This document shows positions 1 through 16,075 of a stretch of DNA of 64,000 nt, one piece after another. Source of the DNA: Octopus vulgaris (lineage: Eukaryota); contig OX597819.1 of assembly GCA_951406725.2 (NCBI GenBank), forward strand, positions 39,866,001-39,930,000. The letters run 5' to 3'. The stretch's first letter is position 1. Each line of letters starts with the position of its first letter. The notes under the pieces were generated by a model that had not been told where the DNA came from, ran no database searches, and saw only the letters and a program-made list of their open reading frames with translations. A program made the translations under genes and the position numbers.

Positions 1-55
1 TTTTTATTTATATATTTATGGTGGCACCGACTTAGGTTTGTGTGTGTGTGAGAGA

Positions 56-98
<43 letters not shown>

Positions 99-256
99 GT
101 GTCTTCAGATATCCATGACAGGTTTTTCTGTTACCTGCTATACTGTAGGGAATATGAAATTGTTAATAATTTGTGTAAAGTGAAAAGTGCATATCTTTGG
201 AGGTTTCAACATTAGTCATCGTATCTTTTTGCGGAACACAGATAAGGTAAAGTGTG

Positions 257-380
<124 letters not shown>

Positions 381-387
381 GCACATA

Positions 388-800
388 TACTCTTTTACTC
401 TTTTACTTGTTTCAGTCATTTGACTGTAGCCATGCTGGAGCACCGCCTTCAGTCGAACAAATCTACAACAGGACTTATTCTTTGTAAGCCTAGTACTTAT
501 TCTATCGGTCTCTTTTGCCGAACCGCTAAGATACGGGGACGTAAACACGCCACCATCGGTTGTCAAGTGATGTTGGGAGGACACAGACACACAAACACAC
601 ACACACACACACACAATATATATATATATATATATATACACGATGGGCTTCTTTCAGTTTCCGTCCACCAAATCCACTCATAAGGCTTTGGTTGGCCCGA
701 GGCTATAGTATAAGACACTTGCCCAAGGTGCCACGCAGTGGGACTGAACCCGGAACCATGTGGTTCGTAAGCATGCCACTTACCACACAGCCACTCCTAT
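388..800 (-). mobile_element. tRNA-derived SINE, family A (head - internal (TA)/(TG) microsatellite - core - (GAGTAAAA) tail)
   Basis: On the minus strand: GGAGTGGCTGTGTGGTAAG A-box head, GGTTCCGGGTTCAGTCCC B-box, core GCGGTTCGGCAAAAGAGACCGATAGAATAAGTACTAGG and tail GACTGAAACAAGTAAAAGAGT; at least 12 copies in the window. Confidence 0.85.
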
Positions 801-1569
801 ACATATATATATATCAACAATATCGAACAGAAGATATGTGTTTTGGCAGTTTGTGGACCTACAATCGCAGCCTGCCTCTCATTCATACTTGAATATATAT
901 ATGTGTGTGTGTGAGGTGGGTGTATTCGAGGGTTACAATGGGCGACTCTTGCCCAAGTTGCCGCGCAGTTCGATAGAATCAAAGACTATGTGGTTGGGTT
1001 GCAAGCAACCTTCTTACCACACAGCCACGCATATACTTGTATATTTGTACAAGAGTACGCGCGCGCACGTGCGTGGAATGTATGTATTTATCTATATATC
1101 TGTTGTTGGTATTTACATACTTTATTATTACGGATGTTCTTAAGCTGAACCAAGATACGGCAGGCATATTCGTATTAGCATTGCACCAGTGACATCTGTC
1201 TCTGCAAAAGGAGATAGACTGGCGAGTAACACCCAATGATAAACAAAATAAACATAATGCAAGGAGTACAAAACGTGAGCATGAAGAATGAAATGGTCAC
1301 GATAGAGTAGAACAAAAATGACCAGATAGTGAGTGGAATTTTAAGAGATAATGATGGGTGTGTCCTAAGGTCAAATCTAAATGACTTGTAAGATACATTA
1401 ATTATTGCTCTAATATCGTAGCTAATTTAGTGAAAGGTCGACTAAGGGACGAAATTTAGTGTATTTGTGCGATTAGTGCTTATGTTACAACTCCTACAAT
1501 CTTTATGCGTCACGTCATTTTTCTCTTCTGATTGTTATTTAAGATAGCTATTATAAACTTTATGTAAGA

Positions 1570-1930
1570 CTAGCACTATGACCCGGCAACGCTGGGTCAT
1601 ACTGCTAGTGCACACATAAACAGCTGCGTGTGTGCGCACATACACGCGAGTACTGTCCAAATCTCCGTCCAATCACATACAGCTAGCTGGCATTCAATTG
1701 GCGTATCATGTTTCGGGCATTTTGATTGGGGTTTGGATAGAAAATTCACAAAAAAGTCACTTCTATTGATTTTTTAATGGCTTTGCGGGATGACTGGGGA
1801 AATGTAACGATGTGCACGACCACCTTGGACGGTTTTAAATGACCATAGAAAGTGCAAGTCCTCTAACTGAAAAATTGTGGATTTGTATAAAGGACACACA
1901 CACACAGACATTTTGCCGTTTATATATATA
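1570..1930 (-). mobile_element. Non-autonomous Helitron-like element
   Basis: On the minus strand it begins TATATATAAACGGCAAAATGTCTG and ends with a GC hairpin plus CTAG; homologous to 42745-43077. Confidence 0.7.
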
Positions 1931-2713
1931 CAAGAAAGGTAGTGCTCCAACATGGCCACAGTCAAATGACTGAAACGAGAAAAGAGTAAAAGATATATAT
2001 GTTGTACATTTATATATATGTGTGTATGTGTGTGTGCATGTACATATAAGTATACGTATATAAATACATATATGTGTGGGGTGGTGTATTTCATATTCGA
2101 GGCTCCGATGAAGTAATAAGGATTTACTGAGCTACTCAGTAAGTTCATGAGATAATCGCGTGTTCCTTTGTCATCTCATTTTCTTTTGCTGAACTGCTAT
2201 GTTACGAGGACGTAAACACACCAACATCGGCAGTCAATATACATCCATAGGTCACTCTCGTGTACCGTATTTGGCTCCTTTGGCAGAAAATCTGAGCATC
2301 GCTGGTGCCACAATAATACATCATGGAGCTTTTTTCCATTTCTTATGGTTGCGTTTAATTTCATACACCAACTAATTTAAAGCAACCACTCGGTAATTAG
2401 ATGGATGCATTTAATTTCGACTCGCCAACCGGTTTAACATGGACGGTTTAAAATGAACACCTGGTACCCAGGTGTCTTTCATTTTTTGTGGTACACTGAA
2501 GACCGCCCTTGCATTTCGACGCCAATATTTGTTGAAAGGATCAGGACAAGAGGACCAGTTCTGTCTTCTCTAATACATTTTGTTTCGCTTTTGTAATTTT
2601 GTGGTGTCTAAATACATTGTGTATTTCACATTTGCATTATATTGTATTTTATACATTATACATACACACATAAACACACATGTGCACGTGCACACACACA
2701 CACACGCACACAC

Positions 2714-2801
<88 letters not shown>

Positions 2802-2980
2802 GTGTATATATATGTGTGTGTGAGTGTGTGTGTGTGCTCACCTTATTGTAGGTAGGTCTCTAAATTCTGTACGACTCTTACCCTACATTTTAGTCCCACC
2901 CTCACGTTCATCCTTTTTTTTTCTTTTTCTCGATATGTATATTTATATATATATATACATTTATATATATATATAGATAG

Positions 2981-3084
<104 letters not shown>

Positions 3085-3109
3085 AGATATATATATATAT
3101 GTATATATC

Positions 3110-3239
<130 letters not shown>

Positions 3240-3263
3240 TATATATATATATATATATATATC

Positions 3264-3364
<101 letters not shown>

Positions 3365-3690
3365 ATCCTTATGCATTTATAAAGTATACGAGTAGTTTTC
3401 GTTAGGGTGACTCAGACTAATAGGTATGCACCATGAGTTATGCCTCTTAAAGTCCGGTTTGAACAGCAGTTGAACATGTCATGTTGAGACTGACTTTCTT
3501 CTGAAGCGGCTAGAAGTGGCTTTTCCTTCAGCATGTAGGTATAGGTTAAAATAGAAATGAAAATGCAGACCGTCAAGATTCGACAAGGAAATTTGATTTT
3601 TATTATATATTTCAATTAAATGCCCTTGTCAAGTCTTGACAACCGGTTGACCTTTACATTTGTTTAAATTTATTCACACATGCATGCATA

Positions 3691-4574
<884 letters not shown>

Positions 4575-4575
<1 letters not shown>

Positions 4576-4968
4576 TAGCAGTATCGCCCGGCGTTGCTCG
4601 GGTTTGTAAGGGAAATAATTATATAAGCATTTTTAGAGATGTAAAGTATAATAGCCATCTCAATATGGCTAACCACAAAGGGGGAGGGTGTTACTGTAGC
4701 TTTTTACGTTCTGAGATTTAATAATAAATTTTAGAGAGTTACTTCCCTTATATATGTCAAAAATGGATTAAAAATGGGAAAAATTGATGGTAATTTTTTT
4801 TTTAAATCGTAGACTCATTGTAGACGCGCGCTAATACCCAGACGGTCTCGATATGAATCACGACTATAAGATACCCGGTTTTGGTTAAACTGCATCGCAA
4901 AATGTGGGAGTAGTTAGGAATCTAAATCGTAGGAGACAGACACACAACCTCACTTTTATATATAAAGA
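4575..4968 (-). mobile_element. Non-autonomous Helitron-like element
   Basis: 5' TCTTTATATATAAAAG and 3' CCCGAGCAACGCCGGGCGATACTGCTAG; near-identical inverted copy at 7802-8196. Confidence 0.75.
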
Positions 4969-5138
4969 TTTCCTCTATTTACATAATATTGAGGTCTCTT
5001 TCTTTCTTTTGTTATCTTACTGTTTTTACCAATATACATATATATATATATATATATATAAATATATATATTTTGGTCCAGAGATGTACTTGCATAGCAA
5101 GTGACTTGATCTGAGATCGTGTGCTGGAACGAAAACAG

Positions 5139-5397
5139 TTGCAGCGTTGAAGGTGTTTATAAGCCATTTAAGAAACACACAAAAATCGTTAGATTCACTT
5201 CAACATTTAAATTTAATTTGTCAAAATATTTTCGTCGCTTTGAGACCGCGACCTGTTAGCACGATATTTTTGTCAGTAAACAGGTCGCGGTCTCAAAGCG
5301 AGGAAAATATTTTGGCAAATTAAATTTAAATGTTGAAGTGAATCTAACGGTTTTTGTGTATTTCTTAAATGGCTTACAAACACCTTCCACGCTGCAA
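5139..5397. repeat. Local hairpin (~120-bp arms)
   Basis: 5139-5256 is the reverse complement of 5279-5397. Confidence 0.8.
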
Positions 5398-5421
5398 GAT
5401 ATATATATACACACATATATA

Positions 5422-5456
<35 letters not shown>

Positions 5457-5719
5457 GTGTATATGTGTATGCATGTATGTGTGTGTGTGTGCGTGTCTGT
5501 GCTTGTGATTGTCCTCCACCACTGCTTGACAACGAATGTTGGTTTGTTTACATCCCTGTCACCTAGTGGTTTGACAAAGGAAACAGATAGAATAAGTACA
5601 ATGCTTACAAAAATAAAACTGGAGTTGATTCATTAAACTATAATTCTTCAAGGCATTGCCCCAGCATGGCCACAGACCAATGGCTGGAAAAAGCAGAAGA
5701 AAGGCATGAGAAAGCTTGA

Positions 5720-6012
5720 GTTTACATGAGAAGGCCTAACAGACCTGGTAGAAACAGCAGCCAAATCTCCCTCAAATCACACCTTACTGTCTTATGTATG
5801 TATATATATATATATGAGCCAATGAGGGGGACCTCTACATGGTAGCTAGACCTGGTAGAAATAGCAGCCAAATTTCCCCCAAATCACACCTTACTGTCTT
5901 ATCTATGTATATATGTATGTATGAGCCTATGAGGGAGACCCCTACATGGCAGCTAGACATGGTAGAAATAGCAGCCAAATCTCCCTCAAATCACACCTTA
6001 CTGTCTTATGTA
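5720..6012 (+). repeat. ~107-bp tandem repeat, 3 copies
   Basis: AGAC(C/A)TGGTAGAAA(C/T)AGCAGCCAAAT...CACACCTTACTGTCTTAT recurs at ~5741, 5848 and 5955. Confidence 0.85.
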
Positions 6013-6058
6013 TGTATATATATATATATATATACAAGCCACTACGGTTATTTAATGT

Positions 6059-6597
6059 CAAGTCTTCCTCAAATCACTCTCGCTATTTACTCTCTTCCAA
6101 GAACATTTTCACTCACTCTTATCTCTTAGCTTGCCATACATTTTACTCATGTATCTATCAGCGTGATAGACAGAAACAAATATTACATCGCCATCTGCCA
6201 TCGCATTCTATTGTCTACCTGTCAACACACACACAGTGAATTACTTTCATTTTATTCGTTGCACACTGTGTGTGTGCGTGTGTGTGCGTGTGCGTGTGCG
6301 TGTGGTGTAAACCACATTAAGAAAAGCATTTGACATACACACCAGAATGTGAGTTTTCTGTAAATTTTGCTTAATTGGAGTTTAAATTTTAAAAACTGGA
6401 CCTGGCATGACCCGATGCATTCTACTCTTAAAAATGCTAGGTAAATTGTAATTGAAGAAATCCTATATTGTAGATTTCTATAACTGACAAAGGGAGGCAG
6501 ATAAAATCTGCCTTTTATAATAAGACGTAAACGCACATAGACGTAAACGCACACAAACATACAAACACACACACACACCACGTATAAACCGAATATT

Positions 6598-6676
<79 letters not shown>

Positions 6677-7072
6677 TATTATAAAAGGCAGACTTTATCT
6701 GCCTCCCTTTGGGAGTTATACAAATCTACAATATAGGATTTCTTCAATTACAATTTACCTAACAGTTTTAAGAGTACAATGCATCGCGTCATGCCAGGTC
6801 CAGTTTTTAAAATTTAAACTCCAATTAAACAAAATTTACAGAAAACTCACATTCTGGTGTGTGTGTCAAATGCTTTTCTTAGTCTGGTTTACACCACACG
6901 CAAACGCACACACACAGTGGGCAACGAATAAAATGAAAGTAAATGTAATATTTGTTTGTGTCTATCACGCTGATAGATACATGAGTAAAATGTATGGGAA
7001 GCTAACAGATAACAGTGAGTGAAAATGTTCTTGGAAGAGAGTAAATTAGCGACAGTGATTTGAGGAAGACTA
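6059..7072. repeat. Head-to-head inverted pair of a Helitron-like 5' end
   Basis: 6059-6525 is the reverse complement of 6674-7072, with scattered mismatches and one deletion; the copy starts TCTTATTATAAAAGGCAG. Confidence 0.75.
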
Positions 7073-7801
7073 AACTGAACCTATGAAACAGTGTTTATGT
7101 ATAAACAGACCCCACTTATATAAACCCTTTCGTTACCAAACCGCCCGAATTTACCTATTCATATTTAAATGAGAATATCAGAGTAAATCTCTTTAGTACA
7201 TTCGTGAAAACACGTATTATACTTCGTAAACACTTCAAATACAGTTTTGTAGAAAAATCGAAGTGTAATTTTAATTCCGTGAATTATGGGAGATTTTTTT
7301 CCGAAATTTGTTCCTATTGTGTTTTCAAAATTTGTAATTCTGACAAAAAATGGATACGAATTTCATTATATCAAGCAGCGAGTCAGAATTCGAAGGATTT
7401 TCTACTGAAGACCTTCATAAATCTAACTCTATGACTGAAAAAAAAAGCATCTTTATATAATATTTTCCTCGCTTTGAGACCGCGACCTGTTTACTGACAA
7501 AAATATCGTGCTAACAGGTCGCGGTCTCAAAGCGACGAAAATATTTTGACAAATTAAATTTAAATGTTGAAGTGAATCTAACGGTTTTTGTGTGTTTCTT
7601 AAATGGCTTATAAACACCTTCAACGCTGCAACTGTTTTCGTTCCAGCACACGATCTCAGATCAAGTCACTTGCTATGCAAGTACATCTCTGGACCAAAAT
7701 ATATATATTTATATATATATATATATATATATGTATATTGGTAAAAACAGTAAGATAACAAAAGAAAGAAAGAGACCTCAATATTATGTAAATAGAGGAA
7801 A

Positions 7802-8196
7802 TCTTTATATATAAAAGTGAGGTTGTGTGTCTGTCTCCTACGATTTAGATTCCTAACTACTCCCACATTTTGCGATGCAGTTTAATCAAAACCGGGTATC
7901 TTATAGTCGTGATTCATATCGAGACCGTCTGGGTATTAGCGCGCGTCTACGATGAGTCTACGATTTTAAAAAAAATTTACCATCAATTTTTCCCATTTTT
8001 AATCCATTTTTGACATATATAAGGGAAGTAACTCTCTAAAATTTATTATTAAATCTCAGAACGTAAAAAGCTACAGTAACACCCCTCCCCCTTTGTGGTT
8101 AGCCATATTGAGATGGCTATTATACTTAACATCTCTAAAAATGCTTATATAATTATTTCCCTTACAAACCCGAGCAACGCCGGGCGATACTGCTAG
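7802..8196 (+). mobile_element. Non-autonomous Helitron-like element
   Basis: a|TC start, 3' hairpin plus CTAG|t. Confidence 0.75.
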
Positions 8197-8240
<44 letters not shown>

Positions 8241-8690
8241 CTTTTTGTGTGTGTGTATATACATATATGTATGCGTGAATGTGTGTGTGTATAATATTCA
8301 GAAAGTAGGTAAGTGTATGCAATGCTTTATAGAACATATACGTGTTTCAGTAAAATGCCGTAATAATTACATAACAGTTGTAGAAACATTATGCTATCTC
8401 ACATTTTACCCTATCTGTGTTCCGCAAAAAGATATGATGACTAATGTTGAAACCTCCAAATATATGCACTTTTCTCCTTACGTGAATTATTAACAATTTC
8501 ATATTCCCTACAGTATAGCAGGCAACAGAAAAACATGTCATGGATATGTGAAGACACGTCTCTCTCTCTCCCCCTCTCTCTCACACAGACACAAACATAA
8601 GTAGGTGCCACCATAAATATATATATATATATATATATATATTTATTTATATATATATATATATATACATATATATACATATATATATAT

Positions 8691-8738
<48 letters not shown>

Positions 8739-8910
8739 AATATTAGGGAATAAATCCAAATTTACAGGGAAAAAAACAGATTTAGGATTAAATCCAATTT
8801 TATAGTAAAATATTATAAAATATTATTAGAGACAAAACCACTATTTTGCAAAACAAACAAGGAAAGACTTAATCAATACATAAAATTTTAATAAATAGTC
8901 AAAAAAACCG

Positions 8911-8953
8911 CCACTACAATTGTTTCTTGTCTTGATCGACAATCTTCAGGTGG
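8911..8953 (-). ncRNA. Minimal type-I hammerhead ribozyme
   Basis: Reverse complement of 9014-9056. Confidence 0.85.
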
Positions 8954-9013
8954 ACTTCCAATAAGTCAGTTTCAAATTATGAAGTCATAATTTGAAACTG
9001 ACTTATTGGAAGT

Positions 9014-9056
9014 CCACCTGAAGATTGTCGATCAAGACAAGAAACAATTGTAGTGG
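9014..9056 (+). ncRNA. Minimal type-I hammerhead ribozyme
   Basis: ccac CTGAAGA ttgtc-gatcaa-gacaa GAAAC aatt GTA^ gtgg: intact core, stems I and II, palindromic stem III. Confidence 0.88.
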
Positions 9057-9144
9057 CGGTTTTTTTGACTATTTATTAAAATTTTATGTATTGATTAAGT
9101 CTTTCCTTGTTTGTTTTGCAAAATAGTGGTTTTGTCTCTAATAA

Positions 9145-9692
<548 letters not shown>

Positions 9693-10269
9693 TATATATA
9701 TATATGTACGTATGTATACACACATACATATATGCATATATTTGTGTGTGTGTACCTTTGTGTACGTGTTCGTCGACAATTGATGGTGGCTTTTTAACGT
9801 CACGGTAACTTAGCAGTTCAGCAAAAAAGACAGCAATAGAATAATTACGAGGTTTAGAAATAAGGGTTGGGGGCTGATTTGTTTGACTAATACCCTCAAG
9901 GCACTAAACCAGCATGGCTGCGATACAAAGAGTGGATCAAGAAAAAGAAAAAAGTAAAAGAAAATATTTAAGGTCGAAGCACACTCACACACACAATAAT
10001 GCACACACATACACACAACACATGTACATGTATAATGTCCGAGGTAATTTGCACGCACACGCACATTCACACACGCACACATTCTTATATGAGTATGTAT
10101 ATATACACACATACAACCTATTGTAGAACTCTATATACAATGCTTGGGAACGGAGCGTTAGCCGAGTACGGAGCGATAAAATGAAAATCGGATGACAAAT
10201 AAATAATCAATTATCTTATAAACGTTGGAGTTAATAAAAAATAATTGCTTGTTCCTTTGTCATTTCATT

Positions 10270-10851
10270 TTCATTTGCTCACTCTCCCTCCTCTTTTAAC
10301 TTCACTGTGTCCCTGTCATTTTTCTCGCCCTTCCTTAATTCTTCTGTCCTTCTGCCTCTACCTCTCTTTCTTCTCTCCCCACGTGACCGGTGTTCGGCCG
10401 AGCCTGATCTTTCTATCTTGGTTCGGCCGTCGTCCGTGCAACATCTATATCCCTCCCTGTACCTGTGAAATTTCGTATCCCTTTATTTCCACACACGCCA
10501 GCTTAATTTAATTCGACTTAGTCGAAAGACATCTGTTGTTATGTCCTGTTATTTATATTTGTGTAACATTCTCCGTTTTTTCCCGTCCTTGTTTTCGTAT
10601 ACATTCGCTGCTTTCTTCCAAAGAATCTAATGCTCTTAGCTTAGTTTTTCCTTGGGGCTGGCCAGATTGGAGGAATCTCGAGTATAACCAGCCGAAATTG
10701 CAGAGATAATCTGGAACTCGACTAAGAAAAGAAAACTCCGAATGACCCGTCCTTAATTTCTTTGTATCGTTTATCTGAATGGTTTGTTGTCTCTTTTTTG
10801 TATCACCTAACTGTCCGGATGTTTTGCGTTCTTGTCCCATTTTGTAGTATA
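10270..10851 (+). mobile_element. Unclassified interspersed repeat (possibly PLE pLTR-derived)
   Basis: Diverged reverse-complement homologue at ~19155-19790; its terminus recurs as an inverted pair at 31394-31615. Confidence 0.55.
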
Positions 10852-10863
10852 CACACACACACA

Positions 10864-11295
<432 letters not shown>

Positions 11296-11449
11296 TTACC
11301 TAAGTAGAAGACATTTACCTATATATATGTAAACACGCAAATATTCGGTTTATACGTGGTGTGTGTGTTTTTTTTCTTGTTTGTGCACGTTTACGTCGAT
11401 GCCACTTTGCAAGTTTCTTACCACACAGTCTCACTGCGCCTATCACACC

Positions 11450-11541
<92 letters not shown>

Positions 11542-11542
11542 T

Positions 11543-11575
<33 letters not shown>

Positions 11576-11579
11576 TGTG

Positions 11580-12125
11580 TCAGGTCACTTTCGAGTGCTA
11601 CTGGTAACATGTAACCCAGTACAACCTGTTGCATGGTCGGGTCGTCGGCGACTAAATCGGCAACCCCACCAAGCATGCTTGGTGAGAGGGGTGTTTATTG
11701 GACACCCTGCGGGAGGAAAATCAAAACCCGTCAAAGGGCGGATTAACTCTTGAGAGTCAACGGCCATCCAATAAATGTCTTAAGGATGTATCATGCGCGG
11801 GGACATAGAAATAATTGGACTGAATACCCGATCGCGCGGTTAAACCATTGGGAGTGAAGGACTCCTAGCCTTTGTTAGGGCATCCTTCTAGGAGAAGGTA
11901 ACTCAGGTAACTGGGATAACTCCGACATAAAACCTGCGCCTCAGAAGTTACCGATGATGTTGACTTGTTCTTCTTTTCGGATTATGGCTGCTGTTGCTTA
12001 GTGAGTGGGATTGACTCAGTGCACAGCCTTTTCTCACTTAAAAAAAAAATCTTCTTGCACAGGCATTGCACGATAACAACATTGATTAAGCTTCGTGCAA
12101 TGGCTATACTCGATAACGAGGGGGC
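11580..12125 (+). mobile_element. RTE-LINE 5'UTR-like non-autonomous element
   Basis: Motifs GGGCATCCTTCTAGGAGAAGGTAACTC and GTGCACAGCCTTTTCTCACTTAAAAA..GCACAGGC resemble RTE 5'UTRs; flanked by (TA)n. Confidence 0.55.
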
Positions 12126-13000
12126 ATATATATATAAACATATATATATATATGCAAAATATAACAGATAAAGGGTTGAAATTCCAGGTAAATACTTTTT
12201 AAGTACTCTGCAGGAGTCTAACTTGGGCAACAAAACTGGCCAGAGTAAGTTATTGCAATCCAGGTAGTCCGTATAACTACATAACTCTGTTTGCGCTATT
12301 TGTTAATCCGTAGTTCATACATCAAAATATTCAGTATGCCACAGAGTATAGTAGAAAACGCAAAAGAATGGAGAATTACAATTTTTAATCAACTTACATA
12401 CGCTTCGGAGACATGGATATTATGTAATTCTGCGATTTATCAATCCTTCATATTTGTAGGTTCGTCCTCTACAGAGATAGAGAAATTAACCCCAGCATGT
12501 CCTTCGTAAAGCCTGCACACGCTGCTAGGTATAGGTAATAGAGAACCATTAAGTGAGTAGTAAACTTAACAATTATGGCCAAAATGTGCAGGCCTACTCA
12601 GAAATTGTATGTTTGAAGTAGTACTGAAATATGATATGACAAAAACTCTTACCTTTGTTAAACTGACTGTCCTTAACAAAAGTATAGTGGACGTAAATAC
12701 ATACAATAGATTCTCATGAGATAAATTATTTAGGTTATAATATAACGCATATAGCTCAGTATTACCTTTATATATAGGATTGGATTTGAGCTGAAGACAA
12801 GTTAGTTAATGAGAATCCCAAAGAAAATAATCAGTAAATTACTTACTGAGGAATGTATTCTATTTAAAAGAGATTCGTTATTGTTAAGAAATAAATAAAC
12901 TTTAAAATTTAAGATAATTGCCTTATGGTTAAGATAACCAAAAGTAAAAAATAGTCTTAAAGTAAAGTTAATTAGAAATAAATAAAACAGAATAATGTTA

Positions 13001-13385
13001 TCTCTCTCTATATAAACGGCAGTTTGTCTGTGCGTTTTCTGTGTGTCTGTTTTCTCGTACCCTCACTCTGACCACGGCTTTCAACCGATTCTGATGAAAC
13101 TTGACACACACATAGCCCAATGTCATAATTCAAAACTAACGCAGCGAAAATTTTGAAAAGTTCCCCCAGTTCTGAAAAAAATCGATAAATTCGACATGGG
13201 GTCGAGAATCAGAAACCCAAACCACAGACCGTCTAGGGGACGCAACTCCACCTTTTTTAACTCTCAAAAAAAATTTACCATAATTTTTTTTCCATTTTTT
13301 TGCTATTTTTTTGGCTATAACTCTCTAAAAATGCTTTATAGTTATTTCCCTTACAAACCTGAGCAACGCCGGGCGATACTGCTAG
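13001..13385 (+). mobile_element. Non-autonomous Helitron-like element
   Basis: a|TCTCTCTCTATATAAACGGC ... CCGATTCTGATGAAACTTG ... GAGCAACGCCGGGCGATACTGCTAG|t. Confidence 0.78.
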
Positions 13386-13661
13386 TATGTATATACAGCA
13401 CCCTTTAGACGATATGTGTTCATTGGGATTCACCGGTATAAGGGGACTTTCAGACATACACTCTTTCGACCTTGTTATGTCTCCTCAGTAAAGGATATCC
13501 CACCGAACCGTTCAATCTAACACGAGCACGATGTTTTGTTTATAGAAATCAGTAAGCAAATTCTTTGCCGATGCTGTTTGATGCCAGAACAGCAGGAATC
13601 CAAATAAACTATCTAGTCGCTCTTCATACGTTATGGCAAATGCCATCGTATCTCATCGCAG

Positions 13662-13887
13662 GGAGCTGGCAGAATCGATAGCACGCCGGGCGAAATGCTT
13701 AGCGGTATTCTGTCTGCCGCTACGTTCTGAGTTCAAATTCCGCCGAGGTCTACTTTGCCTTTCATCCTTTCGGGGTCGACTAAATAAGTACTAGTTACGC
13801 ACTGGGGTCGATATAATCGACTTAATCCGTTTGTCTGTCCTTGTTTCTCCTCTCTGTGTTTAGCCTCTTGTGGGTAGTAAAGAAATA
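13662..13887 (+). mobile_element. SINE family B (Meta-domain-like core) with 15-bp TSD
   Basis: TSD CGTATCTCATCGCAG at 13647-13661 and 13888-13902; GAGTTCAAATTCC B-box; core GCCTTTCATCCTTTCGGGGTCGA. Confidence 0.85.
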
Positions 13888-13970
13888 CGTATCTCATCGC
13901 AGTTGTTTTTCATCATAGAAGGGCACCACCTGTCTTTAGACGATGTGTGTTCAAATTTTTGACGAAGAAA

Positions 13971-14012
<42 letters not shown>

Positions 14013-15190
14013 ACACAACAAGCTTGAAAAACCCCGATGACTCTAACTTCTACACCGGTAAATCGTTTATGTTATGAGCAAATATCTTCTAAAGAGAGGA
14101 GGTGTTCTCCGAAGACGCAAATCAGATATTCATGTTGGAATCTGCCAGAATTAAGAGTGAATAGGTACGTTAGTTTTGGATTCTCGGTGTCCTGTGTTTA
14201 CCCCATGAATTATTAAACAGATAAGGGTTTCGTTGATAGCTTTCGAATATTATTCCAACATATATCCAAACCATAGACTATTCAAGAGAAAATTGGTGCG
14301 GATTACTAGCCGAAAGAGCGAAACCATGAAACCAACAGTAGTGGTAATTATGAAACTCTCAGAATACATTTAAAAATTATTTTACATTTACATGTTGTGT
14401 TCTGCAATTTATCACTTCTTGGTGAGTTAACAAAAATTTTGTACTCCATATTTTGGGGTTGGAGTACATACATGGTGGAGTCTCCTGTCCTAAACAACAG
14501 ATGAAGGTTTTGCAGTTTGCTGATGAATAACCTTGACAGATGTTTGGTTTACAGTGATCGAATGTTTGTGCTGTACATCAGATCACATCTATGAAATCGA
14601 CATTGCCTGCGCAAGTGCAGAGTGTGCAGCACGTCAGGTGTCAAGGTGATTGTAGAGTAGCATGTAATTTAAAGGGGGTTTCTTTTTCTGGAGAACACAA
14701 CGCACCGCCCGGTCCAGGAATCAGAACAATACAGTCTCACGATCGTGAATGCAACACTGAAGCCACTAGGCCACGCGCATTCATACATACATACGTACGT
14801 ACATACATGCATACATACATACATACATACATACATACATACATACATACATACATACATACATACATACCAGCATGCATATATACATACGTACATACAT
14901 ACATTCATATTTAACTTACGTACATACATACATACATACATACATACATACATACATACATACATACATACATACATACATTTATACTTACATACATAAA
15001 TACATACATACCTGCATAGATACATATATACATACATACATACATACGCACTTTCATATTTAACTTACATACATACGTACTTACATGCACACATACAGAC
15101 ATACGTACATACATACACACATACATACATACATACACACGTACCTCCATATATAACATGCATATATCCATCCATCCATCCATACATACA

Positions 15191-15224
<34 letters not shown>

Positions 15225-15306
15225 CATACAAACACACATACATACATACAAACGTACGTACATACATACATACATGCATACATGCATACATACATACATA
15301 CATACA

Positions 15307-15340
<34 letters not shown>

Positions 15341-15986
15341 CATACAAGCATACACATACATACTTGAGGGAGAGAAGGATTTACTAGCATGGTTTCTAAC
15401 CTTTATACAAAGCCATTAATGTTTTGGTGAAGTTACAAGGCGGGGGTACTATTATTGTGAAGCACCGGAACGATGAAGTAGGATAAAGTTGGCTTTGGCA
15501 GGATACGAACTCAGAATATAAAAATGATGTAAATAAACATCGCAAGGGATTTCGTCCGACCCTCTGACAACTCATCGATTATATTTTTTCGATTACGAAG
15601 AGTGCAATAGATTAGGATGATAAAGATAACGAAGTGATAATGATGACGATGATGATGACGATCAGCATCATCATCACAGCCCCCCTCCTCGTTGTTGCCG
15701 TCATCCTCAACTCCTCCATGATGTGAAGCTGGCGGACATAACGAATGACGTTGTTGATGAAGATGGAGAGGATGAGAAGTGGAGAGAAATGGAGAATCAT
15801 CATCATTATCATCGTCGTCGTCGCCGTCGTCATTGCCGGATTCGTCGTCGTCGTCATCATCATCTCCATCGTCATCGTCAAGAACAGTAGTATGTTAAAA
15901 AAGAATTAATTATAAAGGAAAATGCGTGAGGACAGGAATTAATTAAAAAGAAGAGTAAAAAACAAAAAGATAGAGGAGGGAAGCAA

Positions 15987-16075
<89 letters not shown>

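Noticed and set aside
12500-14350. Additional very decayed PLE coding relics (e.g. PNHRLFKRKLVRITS near 14265-14310)
   Set aside because: Suggestive but too degenerate to delimit without an HMM search
15612-15890. Open frame with Asp/His/Arg runs (protamine-like look)
   Set aside because: Decayed (GAT/CAT/CGT)n trinucleotide region; no start or splice support
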